DNA of 64,000 bases from Bacteroidales bacterium (GTDB lineage: Bacteria; Bacteroidota; Bacteroidia; Bacteroidales; VadinHA17), in contig WXFD01000006.1 of NCBI GenBank assembly GCA_009877105.1, positions 74,497-138,496 of the forward strand, written 5' to 3'. Below, piece by piece: positions 1-9,181 of the stretch. How positions within the stretch are numbered: the first letter of the stretch is position 1; every line of letters starts with the position of its first letter. Position numbers and translations under genes: made by a program. The notes beneath the pieces are model-generated. The model searched no databases. It saw nothing but the letters and a program-made list of their open reading frames with translations, and was not told the origin of the DNA.

Positions 1-273
1 CCTGACTACATAAGGCTTATTGCTGTCAGCCGGATCATGCTTCACAATATCAGGAACATCCAGGCATCGCTGCTGACGGTTGGCAGGGAAACGGCAATTA
101 TGTCATTGAATGCCGGTGCAAATGACCTTGGATCCATAATGATCGAAGAGAATGTTGTGAGTGCAGCCGGAGGCGGGAACCGCTATGATGCTGAAAATAT
201 TCAGTCGATAATCAGGGAGGCTGGTTTTAACCCGGTGAGAAGAAATCAGAAATATGAACTCGTCGTATCCTAA
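1..273 (+). CDS. C-terminal fragment of a radical-SAM menaquinone (futalosine pathway) enzyme, MqnC/MqnE-like; the 5' end is outside the window
   Basis: The frame-1 ORF is open to the window edge. The tail ...NAGANDLGSIMIEENVVSAAG... matches the conserved C-terminal block of MqnC/MqnE/CofH-type enzymes as I remember it. Confidence 0.55.
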   Translation, partial: PDYIRLIAVSRIMLHNIRNIQASLLTVGRETAIMSLNAGANDLGSIMIEENVVSAAGGGNRYDAENIQSIIREAGFNPVRRNQKYELVVS

Positions 274-468
274 AAAGCCTCAACCAGGATATTCACGTTC
301 ATTATTTTACAGCCAGAATTATTATCTGAGTGACCGTTTATTTTTTCAGGCAGGCTTTATATTCCCTGAATCAGGCGCGCGGGCCCTCTGCCCTGAAACA
401 ACAGGGATCAGGAAGAAAAAAGGGACTTTATTATCAAAGTCCCCCGAAAATATCCTTAATCTTCGTGA

Positions 469-645
469 TTACTTTAAATCACCGGCTTCCTTTTCTTCTC
501 TTTCAGTATCCAGCTTGGAAGCCTTTTTAAATTCTTTCATCCCCTGCCCGATTCCCTTCATCAATTCAGGAATTTTCCTGCCACCGAAAAGCAGAACAAC
601 CACAAGCAGTATCAGGATTATTTCAGTCGGACCAATTCTTCCCAT
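469..645 (-). CDS. tatA: Twin-arginine translocase subunit TatA/E (58 aa); too short for the ORF track
   Basis: My translation of the minus strand gives [58 protein letters not shown]. It has one N-terminal TM helix, the FGxxKLPE-like hinge and an amphipathic helix, which is the typical TatA layout. Confidence 0.85.
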   Translation of the reverse strand: MGRIGPTEIILILLVVVLLFGGRKIPELMKGIGQGMKEFKKASKLDTEREEKEAGDLK

Positions 646-794
646 CTCAGTAGATTTTTAAAAGTTTATACAAAGTTATAAATACTTTGGTTAAATGGGA
701 TACTTTCTGAAAAATATTTCAATGCAGGTGGGATCAGACGGTGCACCAAATGTCAGAATAAGGCTGCATAACACCATATCCTTTCTGTTTCCTG

Positions 795-2126
795 TCATTT
801 TCTCAGAAGTCTCAGGATATCATTGCCGTTGGCAAATATGAGCAGCCCGAAAAGAATTATCATACCGGTAATCTGGGCATATTCGAGAAATTTATCGCTG
901 GGTTTTCTTCCTGTTATAACCTCATAAACAAGAAACATCACATGTCCGCCGTCGAGTGCCGGGATTGGAAGGATATTCATAACTGCCAGGATAATTGACA
1001 GGAATGCGGTGAGATTCCAGAAAGAATGCCAGTCCCAGGTCCCTGGGAAAATACTGCCTATAGTAATGAATCCCCCGAGTGATTCATATGCTTTGGTATG
1101 CCTTGAAAAAATAAGTTTAAACTGCTTCAGGTAATCTCCCACGGTCTTGAATCCTTTAGCGATTCCGGCAGGAACTGATTCAAGCAACCCGTAATTGATT
1201 GTTTTCAGCTCAAAGATCCTGTCAAGCGACCTGGAACTGTAAACTCCCAGCATTCCACCCGAAGAAAGCATTACCGGTATATCATTAATTTCGTCTTTCC
1301 GCAGGATATTCAACACAACGGTTTTGTTCCTGTTTTCGAGAAGATATCCCTGAAATTCATCATACCATTCAAACTTAAGTCCGTCAATGCCCAGGAGTTC
1401 GTCACCTGCAAGCACACCTCCGTTTTTTGCGGGAGATTCTTTTCCGAATGCCGTAATTATAAACGGGCCGAAAGGAGTTCTGGGTTCGATCAGGCCTTTT
1501 CCCCTGATCATTTGCGGAATAAGTTCGGCAGGGATTGGAATATTCAGGAATTCACCATTTCTTTCAACCTGTATGGATTTCCTGTTGTTAAGCACAATAT
1601 CAGGGGTGATTTGCATGAAGTTTTCAATATACTGATTGTCAACACTCAGGATCTTATCTCCATTCCTCAGTCCAATGTTATAGCCAACGGTATCGGTCAC
1701 TATACCATATTTCACATTGGCAGTAGGAAGGTAGGTTTCTCCCCAGGCATAAAGTACGAAAACATAAATCAGCATTGCCAGGATGAAATTAAACAGTACT
1801 CCTCCTGTCATAATGAGCAGTCGCTGCCCTGAAGTCTTCGACCTGAACTCCCATGGCTGGGCAGGCTGTTTCATTTGCTCCTTATCCATTGATTCGTCAA
1901 TCATTCCCGATATTTTGACATAGCCGCCGAGCGGTAACCATCCCAATCCGTATTCGGTCTCTCCCTTCCTGAACTTGAAAATTGAAAACCATGGATCGAA
2001 AAAGAGATAGAATTTCTCCACTCTTGTTTTAAAGATCCTGGCAAACACGAAATGGCCCAATTCGTGAATTATCACCAGAATTGAAAGACTCATTACAAAC
2101 TGGAGTATTTTTATCAGAACAGTCAT
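795..2126 (-). CDS. rseP: RIP metalloprotease RseP (site-2 protease, M50 family)
   Basis: HELGH zinc motif near the N-terminus, a central PDZ-like region, a C-terminal NILPIPALDGGH motif and several TM segments. It overlaps dxr by 4 nt, the classic dxr-rseP arrangement. Confidence 0.92.
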   Translation of the reverse strand: MTVLIKILQFVMSLSILVIIHELGHFVFARIFKTRVEKFYLFFDPWFSIFKFRKGETEYGLGWLPLGGYVKISGMIDESMDKEQMKQPAQPWEFRSKTSGQRLLIMTGGVLFNFILAMLIYVFVLYAWGETYLPTANVKYGIVTDTVGYNIGLRNGDKILSVDNQYIENFMQITPDIVLNNRKSIQVERNGEFLNIPIPAELIPQMIRGKGLIEPRTPFGPFIITAFGKESPAKNGGVLAGDELLGIDGLKFEWYDEFQGYLLENRNKTVVLNILRKDEINDIPVMLSSGGMLGVYSSRSLDRIFELKTINYGLLESVPAGIAKGFKTVGDYLKQFKLIFSRHTKAYESLGGFITIGSIFPGTWDWHSFWNLTAFLSIILAVMNILPIPALDGGHVMFLVYEVITGRKPSDKFLEYAQITGMIILFGLLIFANGNDILRLLRK

Positions 2127-3292
2127 GCTTTTTTGTTAAGTCCGTTAATAAAATTCAGGGCAATTTCCCTTGCCCTGTTGTTGGATATTTCGAGTAATTC
2201 CAGCCCCGGGGAGGAGACAAATTCAGCTTGTTCCATGGTATATTCGACCAGGTCAGACATTTGCAGAAATCCGATCCTGTCGGCAAGGAAAGCGCTGACA
2301 GCCACCTCATTTGCTGCATTCATAATACATGGCATATTCCCGCCCCTTCCAAGGGCTTCAAAGGCCAGAGCCAGGTTCCTGAACCTGGATACATCGGGTT
2401 CGAGGAAGGTCAGAGTCTGATTCTTTTTGAGGTCCAGTTTCGGAAGATCAGAGGGGTATCTTGAAGGATAGCTGAGAGCGTAGAGAATAGGGATTCTCAT
2501 ATCGGGCGCACCCAATTGTGCTTTCACCGAACCATCGGCAAAATGTACCATTGAATGAACTATGGACTGCGGATGTATCAAAACTTCAATCTGGCCGGGA
2601 TTCAGGTCAAAGAGCCATTTTGCTTCAATGACTTCCAGTCCCTTATTCATCAGCGAGGCGGAATCAACGGTAATTTTATTTCCCATGTCCCATTTCGGAT
2701 GCTTCAGGGCTTCAGAGGGTTTTACCTGTTTCAACATTTCGCATGAATAATTCAGGAATGGTCCTCCCGAGGCAGTGAGCGTGATTTTTTCAACTGGATT
2801 GCCGGTTTCACCGGCCAGGCACTGGAAAATTGCAGAATGTTCTGAATCTACCGGGATAAGTCTGCTTCCCGAGTCGAGGCTCAATTTCCTGATAATTTCG
2901 CCGGCAACCACCAGGGTTTCCTTGTTTGCGAGGGCGATATCCTTGCCGGCCCTAATGGCAGCTATTATTGGCTTAAGGCCTGAATATCCCACCATTGCTG
3001 CAAGCACCAGGCTGGAGTCTGATTCGGCTGCAATCTTTTCTACAGCGTCTTCACCTGCATAAACTTTCACCGGAAGGTCTCTGACAAGTTCCTTTAGCCG
3101 GGCATAATGGGCCTTATTTCCAATTACAACCGAACCGGGACCGAATTTTCTCGCCTGTTGTGCAAGCAATTCAATATTGTTTCCGGCAGTAAGAACTTCA
3201 ACCTCAAAATCAGCGGGAAACCTGGATATTACATCCAGTGCCTGCCTGCCTATCGATCCGGTTGAGCCCAGTAAAGCAATTCTCTTTGACAT
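2123..3292 (-). CDS. dxr: 1-deoxy-D-xylulose-5-phosphate reductoisomerase
   Basis: GSTGSIG NADPH-binding motif, DSEHSAIFQC, HPKWDMGNKITVDSASLMNKGLEVIEA and IHPQSIVHSMV blocks. Confidence 0.95.
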   Translation of the reverse strand: MSKRIALLGSTGSIGRQALDVISRFPADFEVEVLTAGNNIELLAQQARKFGPGSVVIGNKAHYARLKELVRDLPVKVYAGEDAVEKIAAESDSSLVLAAMVGYSGLKPIIAAIRAGKDIALANKETLVVAGEIIRKLSLDSGSRLIPVDSEHSAIFQCLAGETGNPVEKITLTASGGPFLNYSCEMLKQVKPSEALKHPKWDMGNKITVDSASLMNKGLEVIEAKWLFDLNPGQIEVLIHPQSIVHSMVHFADGSVKAQLGAPDMRIPILYALSYPSRYPSDLPKLDLKKNQTLTFLEPDVSRFRNLALAFEALGRGGNMPCIMNAANEVAVSAFLADRIGFLQMSDLVEYTMEQAEFVSSPGLELLEISNNRAREIALNFINGLNKKA

Positions 3293-3308
3293 GTCCTGCC
3301 TGTGAGGT

Positions 3309-4196
3309 TTAGAATATTATGTGTTTCTCCGGATCCAGGGGATTTCCCTTGTACCATATCTCCAGGTGAAGGTGGGGTCCGCTTGTGTAGATCTCCCCGG
3401 AATCACCTACAATAGCTATTGCTTCCCCGGTTCTAACAAGGTCTCCCGTTTCCTTAAGAAGCGAGGCATTATGCTTGTACACCGATATTATGTCATTCGA
3501 ATGCTGTACTTCAATCACGAACCCTGTTTCCATAGTCCAGCCCGTGAAGATCACCGTTCCCCCCAACATTGCGTTTACTGGTGATTTTGGCCGGGTAACG
3601 ATATCGGTACCATAATGTTTCAGCCTCGAATTAAATTTGCCGGATACAATGCCTTTCACAGGCGGGAAGAAATGCAGACTGGCCATGTTTGTAACGGCTT
3701 CGGGTAATACGGGACCTGATGAAAGGCTAAATCTCGATTCTTTCTCAACCTGGGCCCTCAGGACAGAATCTTCGGGAGATTTTCCAAAACTTATTGTTTT
3801 GTAATTTTTGGTTGAGTCAGTAAGGGAAAAAATCTCCACTGGCTTCTCACCGGAAATTATTGCATTGAGATTGGCAAAATATTTATCCCTCAGATCAACC
3901 TCCCTTTCCAGTGAATCCAGCCTTATTGCACTCAACAGAATATTTCGTCTCATGGTAACATTTGGATACCCCGGAATAAATTCCCTGAGGTTTGTGAATG
4001 CAATCAGACAGGTGGTTGATCCAATGATGAAAAAAACGAGGAATGTTATAAGCAGGAAAGCATTGTACTGTGTAAGTCTTATCCTCCAGACCTCCTCAAA
4101 AGTAGTATCGTTAGTGACAGAAAACCGGTACTTGTCGCGCCAGTTCTTTTGCTTTTTGTTTTCGTTCTTCGACATACTCAATCTTTTGCCAGGCAT
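3309..4196 (-). CDS. M23 (LytM-type) family metallopeptidase with an N-terminal membrane anchor
   Basis: One TM helix (LLITFLVFFIIGSTTCLIAF). The C-terminal domain has HxxxD-like and GPHLHLEIW motifs typical of M23 peptidases. Confidence 0.85.
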   Translation of the reverse strand: MPGKRLSMSKNENKKQKNWRDKYRFSVTNDTTFEEVWRIRLTQYNAFLLITFLVFFIIGSTTCLIAFTNLREFIPGYPNVTMRRNILLSAIRLDSLEREVDLRDKYFANLNAIISGEKPVEIFSLTDSTKNYKTISFGKSPEDSVLRAQVEKESRFSLSSGPVLPEAVTNMASLHFFPPVKGIVSGKFNSRLKHYGTDIVTRPKSPVNAMLGGTVIFTGWTMETGFVIEVQHSNDIISVYKHNASLLKETGDLVRTGEAIAIVGDSGEIYTSGPHLHLEIWYKGNPLDPEKHIIF

Positions 4197-4262
4197 GCAA
4201 AGATAGCAAACCTCCTGTAAAGAAATTAAACGCCGGTTGAAATGTAAAGTAAATATCTAGAC

Positions 4263-4646
4263 TTAAATCACTTTCACCGGTTTGTCCTCACTCTGCCATA
4301 AACCGTGTTTTGTACATACCGACATTGCGGAAAGATTCATTGAGACCTCGGGTGCCACAATAAAGAAATCAACTTCGGCATGCGAAGGCATATTTCCATA
4401 AACGCCGGCAGTATAGCGTGCCTCTGCAAGCAGGGTCTCCCGGTTCCAGAGCTGTATGAGGCTTATGAAATGGTCGTGTTCATCGGGATGCGGATAATCG
4501 TTCCCAAGCTTCACTTTAACCCTGAACTTTTCACCCCGTTTAACTTCATCAGGGCAGACGACATGCGGCATATGGCGGTCGAGATAATCACGTTTTATTT
4601 CCTTTTCCTCCTTCTCGATTTCAAGAGCCTTGAAAACCCGTGGCAT
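4263..4646 (-). CDS. Superoxide reductase-like protein (1Fe-SOR / desulfoferrodoxin ferrous-iron-binding domain)
   Basis: HPDEHDHF block and C111-T-K-H114-GLW near the C-terminus, matching the His4-Cys iron ligand pattern of neelaredoxin-type SOR. Confidence 0.75.
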   Translation of the reverse strand: MPRVFKALEIEKEEKEIKRDYLDRHMPHVVCPDEVKRGEKFRVKVKLGNDYPHPDEHDHFISLIQLWNRETLLAEARYTAGVYGNMPSHAEVDFFIVAPEVSMNLSAMSVCTKHGLWQSEDKPVKVI

Positions 4647-4855
4647 ATTAGTAAGTTTTAAATTATTTATTCATTAAAATCATGTTTGCAGCAGGCACTG
4701 CAAAATTATTAATTAACTGCCGACAGACAATTTAATTGTCATGGAAAAAACTGATTTGTTGAACAAATATCCGTATCAGCAAATGTCGGGGCAGGATTGA
4801 AAAAGGTGCATAAAATTTGTCATTTCGAAGATATGTATTAAATTTGCACCAATCC

Positions 4856-4927
<72 letters not shown>

Positions 4928-5414
4928 CAAAGAAAAAGCCCTGTCGCGTTAGCGACGGGGTTTTTTATTGAATGTCCGAAGAAAGCTCGCTTTCTGAAGG
5001 ACGTGAAAATAAAAAACCCAGGCAGCCGACGGAGGAGGCTGACAGGGCTTTTTCTTTGGGCTGTCACCCCTCCCAGGATCATGAAATAATCCTCCTTATA
5101 TTATATTGAGCTAAAGCCCCTTTCAAATCCCAGATCTTCAATACCGTTGGCTAAAGCCAACGGCAATTGAAAATCCGACAGACGCTGAAGGCGGTTGCGG
5201 GGATTTTGAGTTGTCAGGCATCCCCCAGCAGGATCACGAGCTTCGCCCGTCCCTGCTGAAAGCTATGACGGGCGAAGCGAGTAATCCTCCCGATCCAATT
5301 TTATGAGGTCAGGGGATCATTCCTACGAATCGTTACAGTGTAAATCAGGCAGCTAATGGATTGCGTGGTCAATCCTTAATAAACCAGGTTCGATAATAAT
5401 TTTACTGGCGCTGA
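4928..5414. repeat. Repeat copy A (~0.49 kb, hairpin-rich), starting at the base after the tRNA discriminator
   Basis: Aligns by eye with 8748-9132 over its whole length, apart from two extra segments of ~45 and ~55 bp. Its first and last parts also match 12001-12084. Confidence 0.85.
4939..4966 (+). terminator. Rho-independent terminator after the tRNA, embedded in repeat copy A
   Basis: Stem CCCTGTCGC / GCGACGGGG (one G.U pair), loop GTTA, followed by TTTTTT. Confidence 0.6.
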
Positions 5415-6010
5415 TAATTCAATTTAAGTCTTTCAAAAAGTTCATTTAAGACACAAATACAGGATAAACGGGCTTCTACTCCTTGCTTGTAAAGCGACTG
5501 GATAAATTCTTCAAATTCTTACTTAAACCTGATCTTCTTTAATGCCTCCTCAGGAATTTTAAATAATTCATTTTCATTCATTTTACTGCTAATTAGGATT
5601 TAAATTTAAACTCTTATTCAAGGCAACCGGTTTTGAGCCCGTTTTCCAGCTCCAACCGGTTGAAATCCCTAATCAGCTAGCAATTCATTTGCACAAAATT
5701 CTTTACACTGCTACAAAAATGAAAGTTATGTGTGAGTTAATTGTAGGGCAAATTTTTGGTTTTTCATGATGTAATAAGGTTTCATTCTTCAGCCGCCTTT
5801 CCTTTCTGACGGCAGGGACTGGCTGGAAGGCCCCTTACACAAACAAATGCCGGAGGGAGGCCTGTGCGGTTTGCGTAATGTGCCTGACAGCGAAGGGAAG
5901 GTCTCAATCGACAGTGAAACATAGCAAGAATCATAATTTATATTCAAAAATTTATTAACACTATCATTACAATATTTGCAGGTGTTAATTAGTGTTTATA
6001 ATTTTGTATT

Positions 6011-6640
6011 ATGAGACCATTTATACGTACTATAGAAACTTTGGAATTGGATGGAGGCACTCTTTGTCTGAATTTTGTGAATTCAGTAAAGAATCGTTTC
6101 GAAAAACCGGTTTATGAGTTTATTAAAACACCTGATGACTGGATTTTATGGAGTCACAGAACACAGATTTGTAGTGAATTAACAAAGCAGAGGTTAAGCA
6201 AGTATGTTTCTGAGAATAAAGAGAAAGCTCTTAAGGAACTTAAAAGAATAATCGAGGTAAGAGAAGTGCTTTATGGAATATTTCGCAATATAGCACTGAA
6301 GAAATCACCTTTAACTGAAGATATTCGAATTTTTAATTCTGAACTTTCTTTCTCTTTTGGCTTCTTGAATATTGAAATTGGTGATAACCTGGAAACCATT
6401 CCAATCTGGAATTATAAAGAAACTGATCTTCTTTATTCTTTACTACCAATAATGAAATCCGCCTATGAATTATTGACAACTGATTTAAAGGAGCATATTA
6501 AAGAATGTCCTAATTGTGGCTGGTTATATCTGGATAAAAGTAAAAACAATAGCCGGATATGGTGCAATATGAAGACCTGTGGAAATACCATGAAGAGCAA
6601 GAAATATTATGAAAAGAGCAAGATTCTTGCTAAAAAGTAA
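6011..6640 (+). CDS. CGNR zinc-finger domain protein (ABATE/DUF1470-type putative regulator)
   Basis: C-terminal CPNCGWLYLDKSKNNSRIWCNMKTCGNTMKSKKYY fits the CxxC...WC..xxCGNR zinc-ribbon signature (CGNT here). Confidence 0.7.
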   Translation: MRPFIRTIETLELDGGTLCLNFVNSVKNRFEKPVYEFIKTPDDWILWSHRTQICSELTKQRLSKYVSENKEKALKELKRIIEVREVLYGIFRNIALKKSPLTEDIRIFNSELSFSFGFLNIEIGDNLETIPIWNYKETDLLYSLLPIMKSAYELLTTDLKEHIKECPNCGWLYLDKSKNNSRIWCNMKTCGNTMKSKKYYEKSKILAKK

Positions 6641-6719
6641 AAAACCCTGTCCTGATTTGATTCAATCAGAATTACTTTTTTCAATGACGGTGAAAATTTA
6701 AAATTAAAATGCTCATATA

Positions 6720-7244
6720 ATGAAAAGCTGGCTTTATTTTGTTATTGCACTTATGTTATATATGCTGATTCATGAAGGGCATCATGCATATATTGCATTA
6801 TTGTTCAATGAGTTTGATGCAATCAAATTCCATTGGTACGGACCTGAAGTTTTATTTAAATCCCCGATTGCAGAAAGAACTTCTGAGATTAAGTGGTTTC
6901 TAATATCAGGCATCAGTAATTTAGTCACACTTTTGATTGGTTACTTGTTATTTATAGTGAAGGTGAAAATTATAAATATTAAAATTTCTTCCCTTCGGAG
7001 TATTCTATATTATGTAACAATTGTATTCCTGTTGTTTGATGCCGTGAATCTTTCAATCGGACCTTTCTTTTATGGAGGTGATATAAACGGGATTTCGACC
7101 GGACTTAAAATAAAACCATGGATTATTCAAATACTCTTTGGTGCCATTCTGCTAATTAACAGGGAGTTAATAGTAATGTTTATGAAACATTTTGGTATTA
7201 AGTCCAATAATATTTTGTTTAAACCATGGTATCGTGAACGATAG
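6720..7244 (+). CDS. Small polytopic membrane protein with an HExxH motif (putative zincin, DUF3267-like)
   Basis: HEGHH lies at the end of the first TM helix, followed by 3-4 more hydrophobic segments. The family assignment is tentative. Confidence 0.45.
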   Translation: MKSWLYFVIALMLYMLIHEGHHAYIALLFNEFDAIKFHWYGPEVLFKSPIAERTSEIKWFLISGISNLVTLLIGYLLFIVKVKIINIKISSLRSILYYVTIVFLLFDAVNLSIGPFFYGGDINGISTGLKIKPWIIQILFGAILLINRELIVMFMKHFGIKSNNILFKPWYRER

Positions 7245-7269
7245 TTTTAAAATTGATATTGAAAGCATT

Positions 7270-8190
7270 ATGATGCATTCAGATATTATCAGTTCGATTT
7301 TTTCTTTCATAGTAAACGCAGGTTATGTGGCAAAAATAACATCAATAGAACATCTTAAAGAATTAGAAGATGATCTGGCTATAAGAAAAAGAAAAGATAA
7401 ATTTGATGAGAACTTTTATAAGGAGCGTCTGACATCATTTAAATTTACTACGGATACAGTATTACCTGATGCTAAATCAATAATTGTAATTGCGGTGCCC
7501 CAACCTACAGTTGTTTTAATTTTCAGAAGAAATGGAATAGATCAACAGGTAATAATACCTCCTACTTATGATTATTCTGTAAACATTGAAATTGAAAAAC
7601 GATTAAAAGAGATTATTAAACCGGAAGGCTTTAATATTTGTACAACATCCATTCCTCTGAAACTTATTGCAGTTAGAAGTGGTTTAGCTGAATATGGGAG
7701 GAATAATATATGCTATATACCAGGCAAAGGTAGTTTTTTCAGGTTAATGGCATTTTTTTCAAATCTGCAATGCAAAGAAGATATTTGGAAACCGGTTTGT
7801 ATGATGGAAAGATGTAAAAGATGCAAAGCATGTATGTTGGCTTGTCCGACCGGCGCTATTGATGACAGAAGATTTTTAATATATGCTGAAAAATGTATTT
7901 CATTTCATAACGAACATGGAATAGATTTTCCCGAAAACATTGATCGTTCGTTTCATAATTGTTTGTTAGGTTGTCTTAAATGTCAAATTGTTTGTCCTGA
8001 AAATAAAAAAACAGTTAAATGGTTTGAAGTAGGGGCACAGTTTTCTGAATTTGAAACATCTGTTATTCTTAATGGCATATCGTTGAAAGAAATTCCATAT
8101 TCAACTCAAAAAAAGCTGGACAGACTGGGATTGATTGATGATTATTCACTACTGGCACGAAATCTGAGTGTATTGTTAGAACCTTCATGA
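7270..8190 (+). CDS. Epoxyqueuosine-reductase-like (QueG family) 4Fe-4S protein
   Basis: CKRCKACMLACPTGAI and CLKCQIVCPEN cluster motifs sit in a QueG-like context (LKLIAVRSGLAEYGRNN..., CISFHNE). I moved the start to the ATG at 7270 to avoid overlap with the upstream gene; the track start is 7192. Confidence 0.65.
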   Translation: MMHSDIISSIFSFIVNAGYVAKITSIEHLKELEDDLAIRKRKDKFDENFYKERLTSFKFTTDTVLPDAKSIIVIAVPQPTVVLIFRRNGIDQQVIIPPTYDYSVNIEIEKRLKEIIKPEGFNICTTSIPLKLIAVRSGLAEYGRNNICYIPGKGSFFRLMAFFSNLQCKEDIWKPVCMMERCKRCKACMLACPTGAIDDRRFLIYAEKCISFHNEHGIDFPENIDRSFHNCLLGCLKCQIVCPENKKTVKWFEVGAQFSEFETSVILNGISLKEIPYSTQKKLDRLGLIDDYSLLARNLSVLLEPS

Positions 8191-8194
8191 CGAA

Positions 8195-8479
8195 ATGAGA
8201 CAAAGTCTAAGAATTTGTCGGCGTCACATCAACCATCCAGGGTCTAAGGGTGATGCTTCGGAATATGAATGGATTGCTTGGTTAAGGAAGTATCTACCTG
8301 AAAGGTATAAAGTAGATAAAGCATTTGTAGTTGACCATGAAGGTTTTATAACTAAACAATTAGATGTTGTAGTTTATGATCGACAGTATTCACTTTTTGT
8401 TTTTCATCATAATGGAATCATTTACGTTCCTGCCGCAATGAATATCACAGAGTATGCGAAAGCACTTGAATCTCTGTAA
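8195..8479 (+). pseudogene. N-terminal fragment (94 aa) of a DUF6602-like protein, cut off before repeat copy B
   Basis: HPGSKGDASEYEWIAWLRKYLPERYKV..VVDHEGFITKQLDVVVYD resembles the start of DUF6602 proteins, which I recall as roughly 250-300 aa. The ORF stops after 94 aa. Confidence 0.45.
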
Positions 8480-8690
8480 GATTAATATAGAAGTATGTTT
8501 TTCACCATTCTTCCTTTAAATATAAACAGACATATCATATAACCTGGCGTAATTCTGTCATAAGAAAAAAGACACTTTTTGTAAATGTCTCATTTCATTG
8601 TGGGCTCAGCCGGGATCAAGCCTACGATCCCCTGATTATAAGTCATATAGTTCCCAATTCCGTCAAAGTTAAAGCCTCTGAAAGTTTAAT

Positions 8691-9132
8691 AATTTTCGCC
8701 ATACCCCTGATTAATTTTTGGTTCGATATTTCAAACCTTTTGTCTACAACGAAAACGCCTTGTAGCGACAGCGACGGGGTTTTTTATTGAATGTCCGAAG
8801 AAAGCTCGCTTTCTGAAGGACGGGAAAATAAAAAACTCCGGCAGCCGACGGAGGAGGCTGACAGGGCTTTTTCTTTGGGCTGTCATCCCTCCGAGGATCA
8901 TGAAATAATCCTCCTTATATTGGACTAAAGCCAACGGCAATTGAAAACCCGACAGACGCCGAAGGCGGCTGCAGAGGTTTTGAATTGCCAGGTATCCCAA
9001 GCAGGATTACGAGGCAATTTTATGAGATCAGGGGACTACCCTACGAAACGTTAGAGTGTAAATCAGTCAGTTAATGGATTGCATAGTCAATCCTTAATAT
9101 ACAAGGCTCGATAATAATTTAACTGGCTCTGC
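8691..9132. repeat. Repeat copy B
   Basis: 8748-9132 aligns with copy A. 8691-8750 aligns with the left part of copy C (aattttcSccata...GGTTCRAT.TTTCAAACCTYTTGTCTACAA). Confidence 0.85.
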
Positions 9133-9181
9133 TGTTAATATGACAAAAATTCACAACATTGAATAAATCTATCAGTACGTT

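Noticed and set aside
8590-8640. A tRNA-like fragment (minus strand ...CTTATAATCAGGGGATCGTAGGCTTGATCCCGGCTGAGCCCAC) as a possible duplicated tRNA 3' half / att site
   Set aside because: I could not fold a consistent anticodon or T arm: the T-stem halves are not complementary. It is also not contiguous with repeat copy B. It is too degenerate to call.
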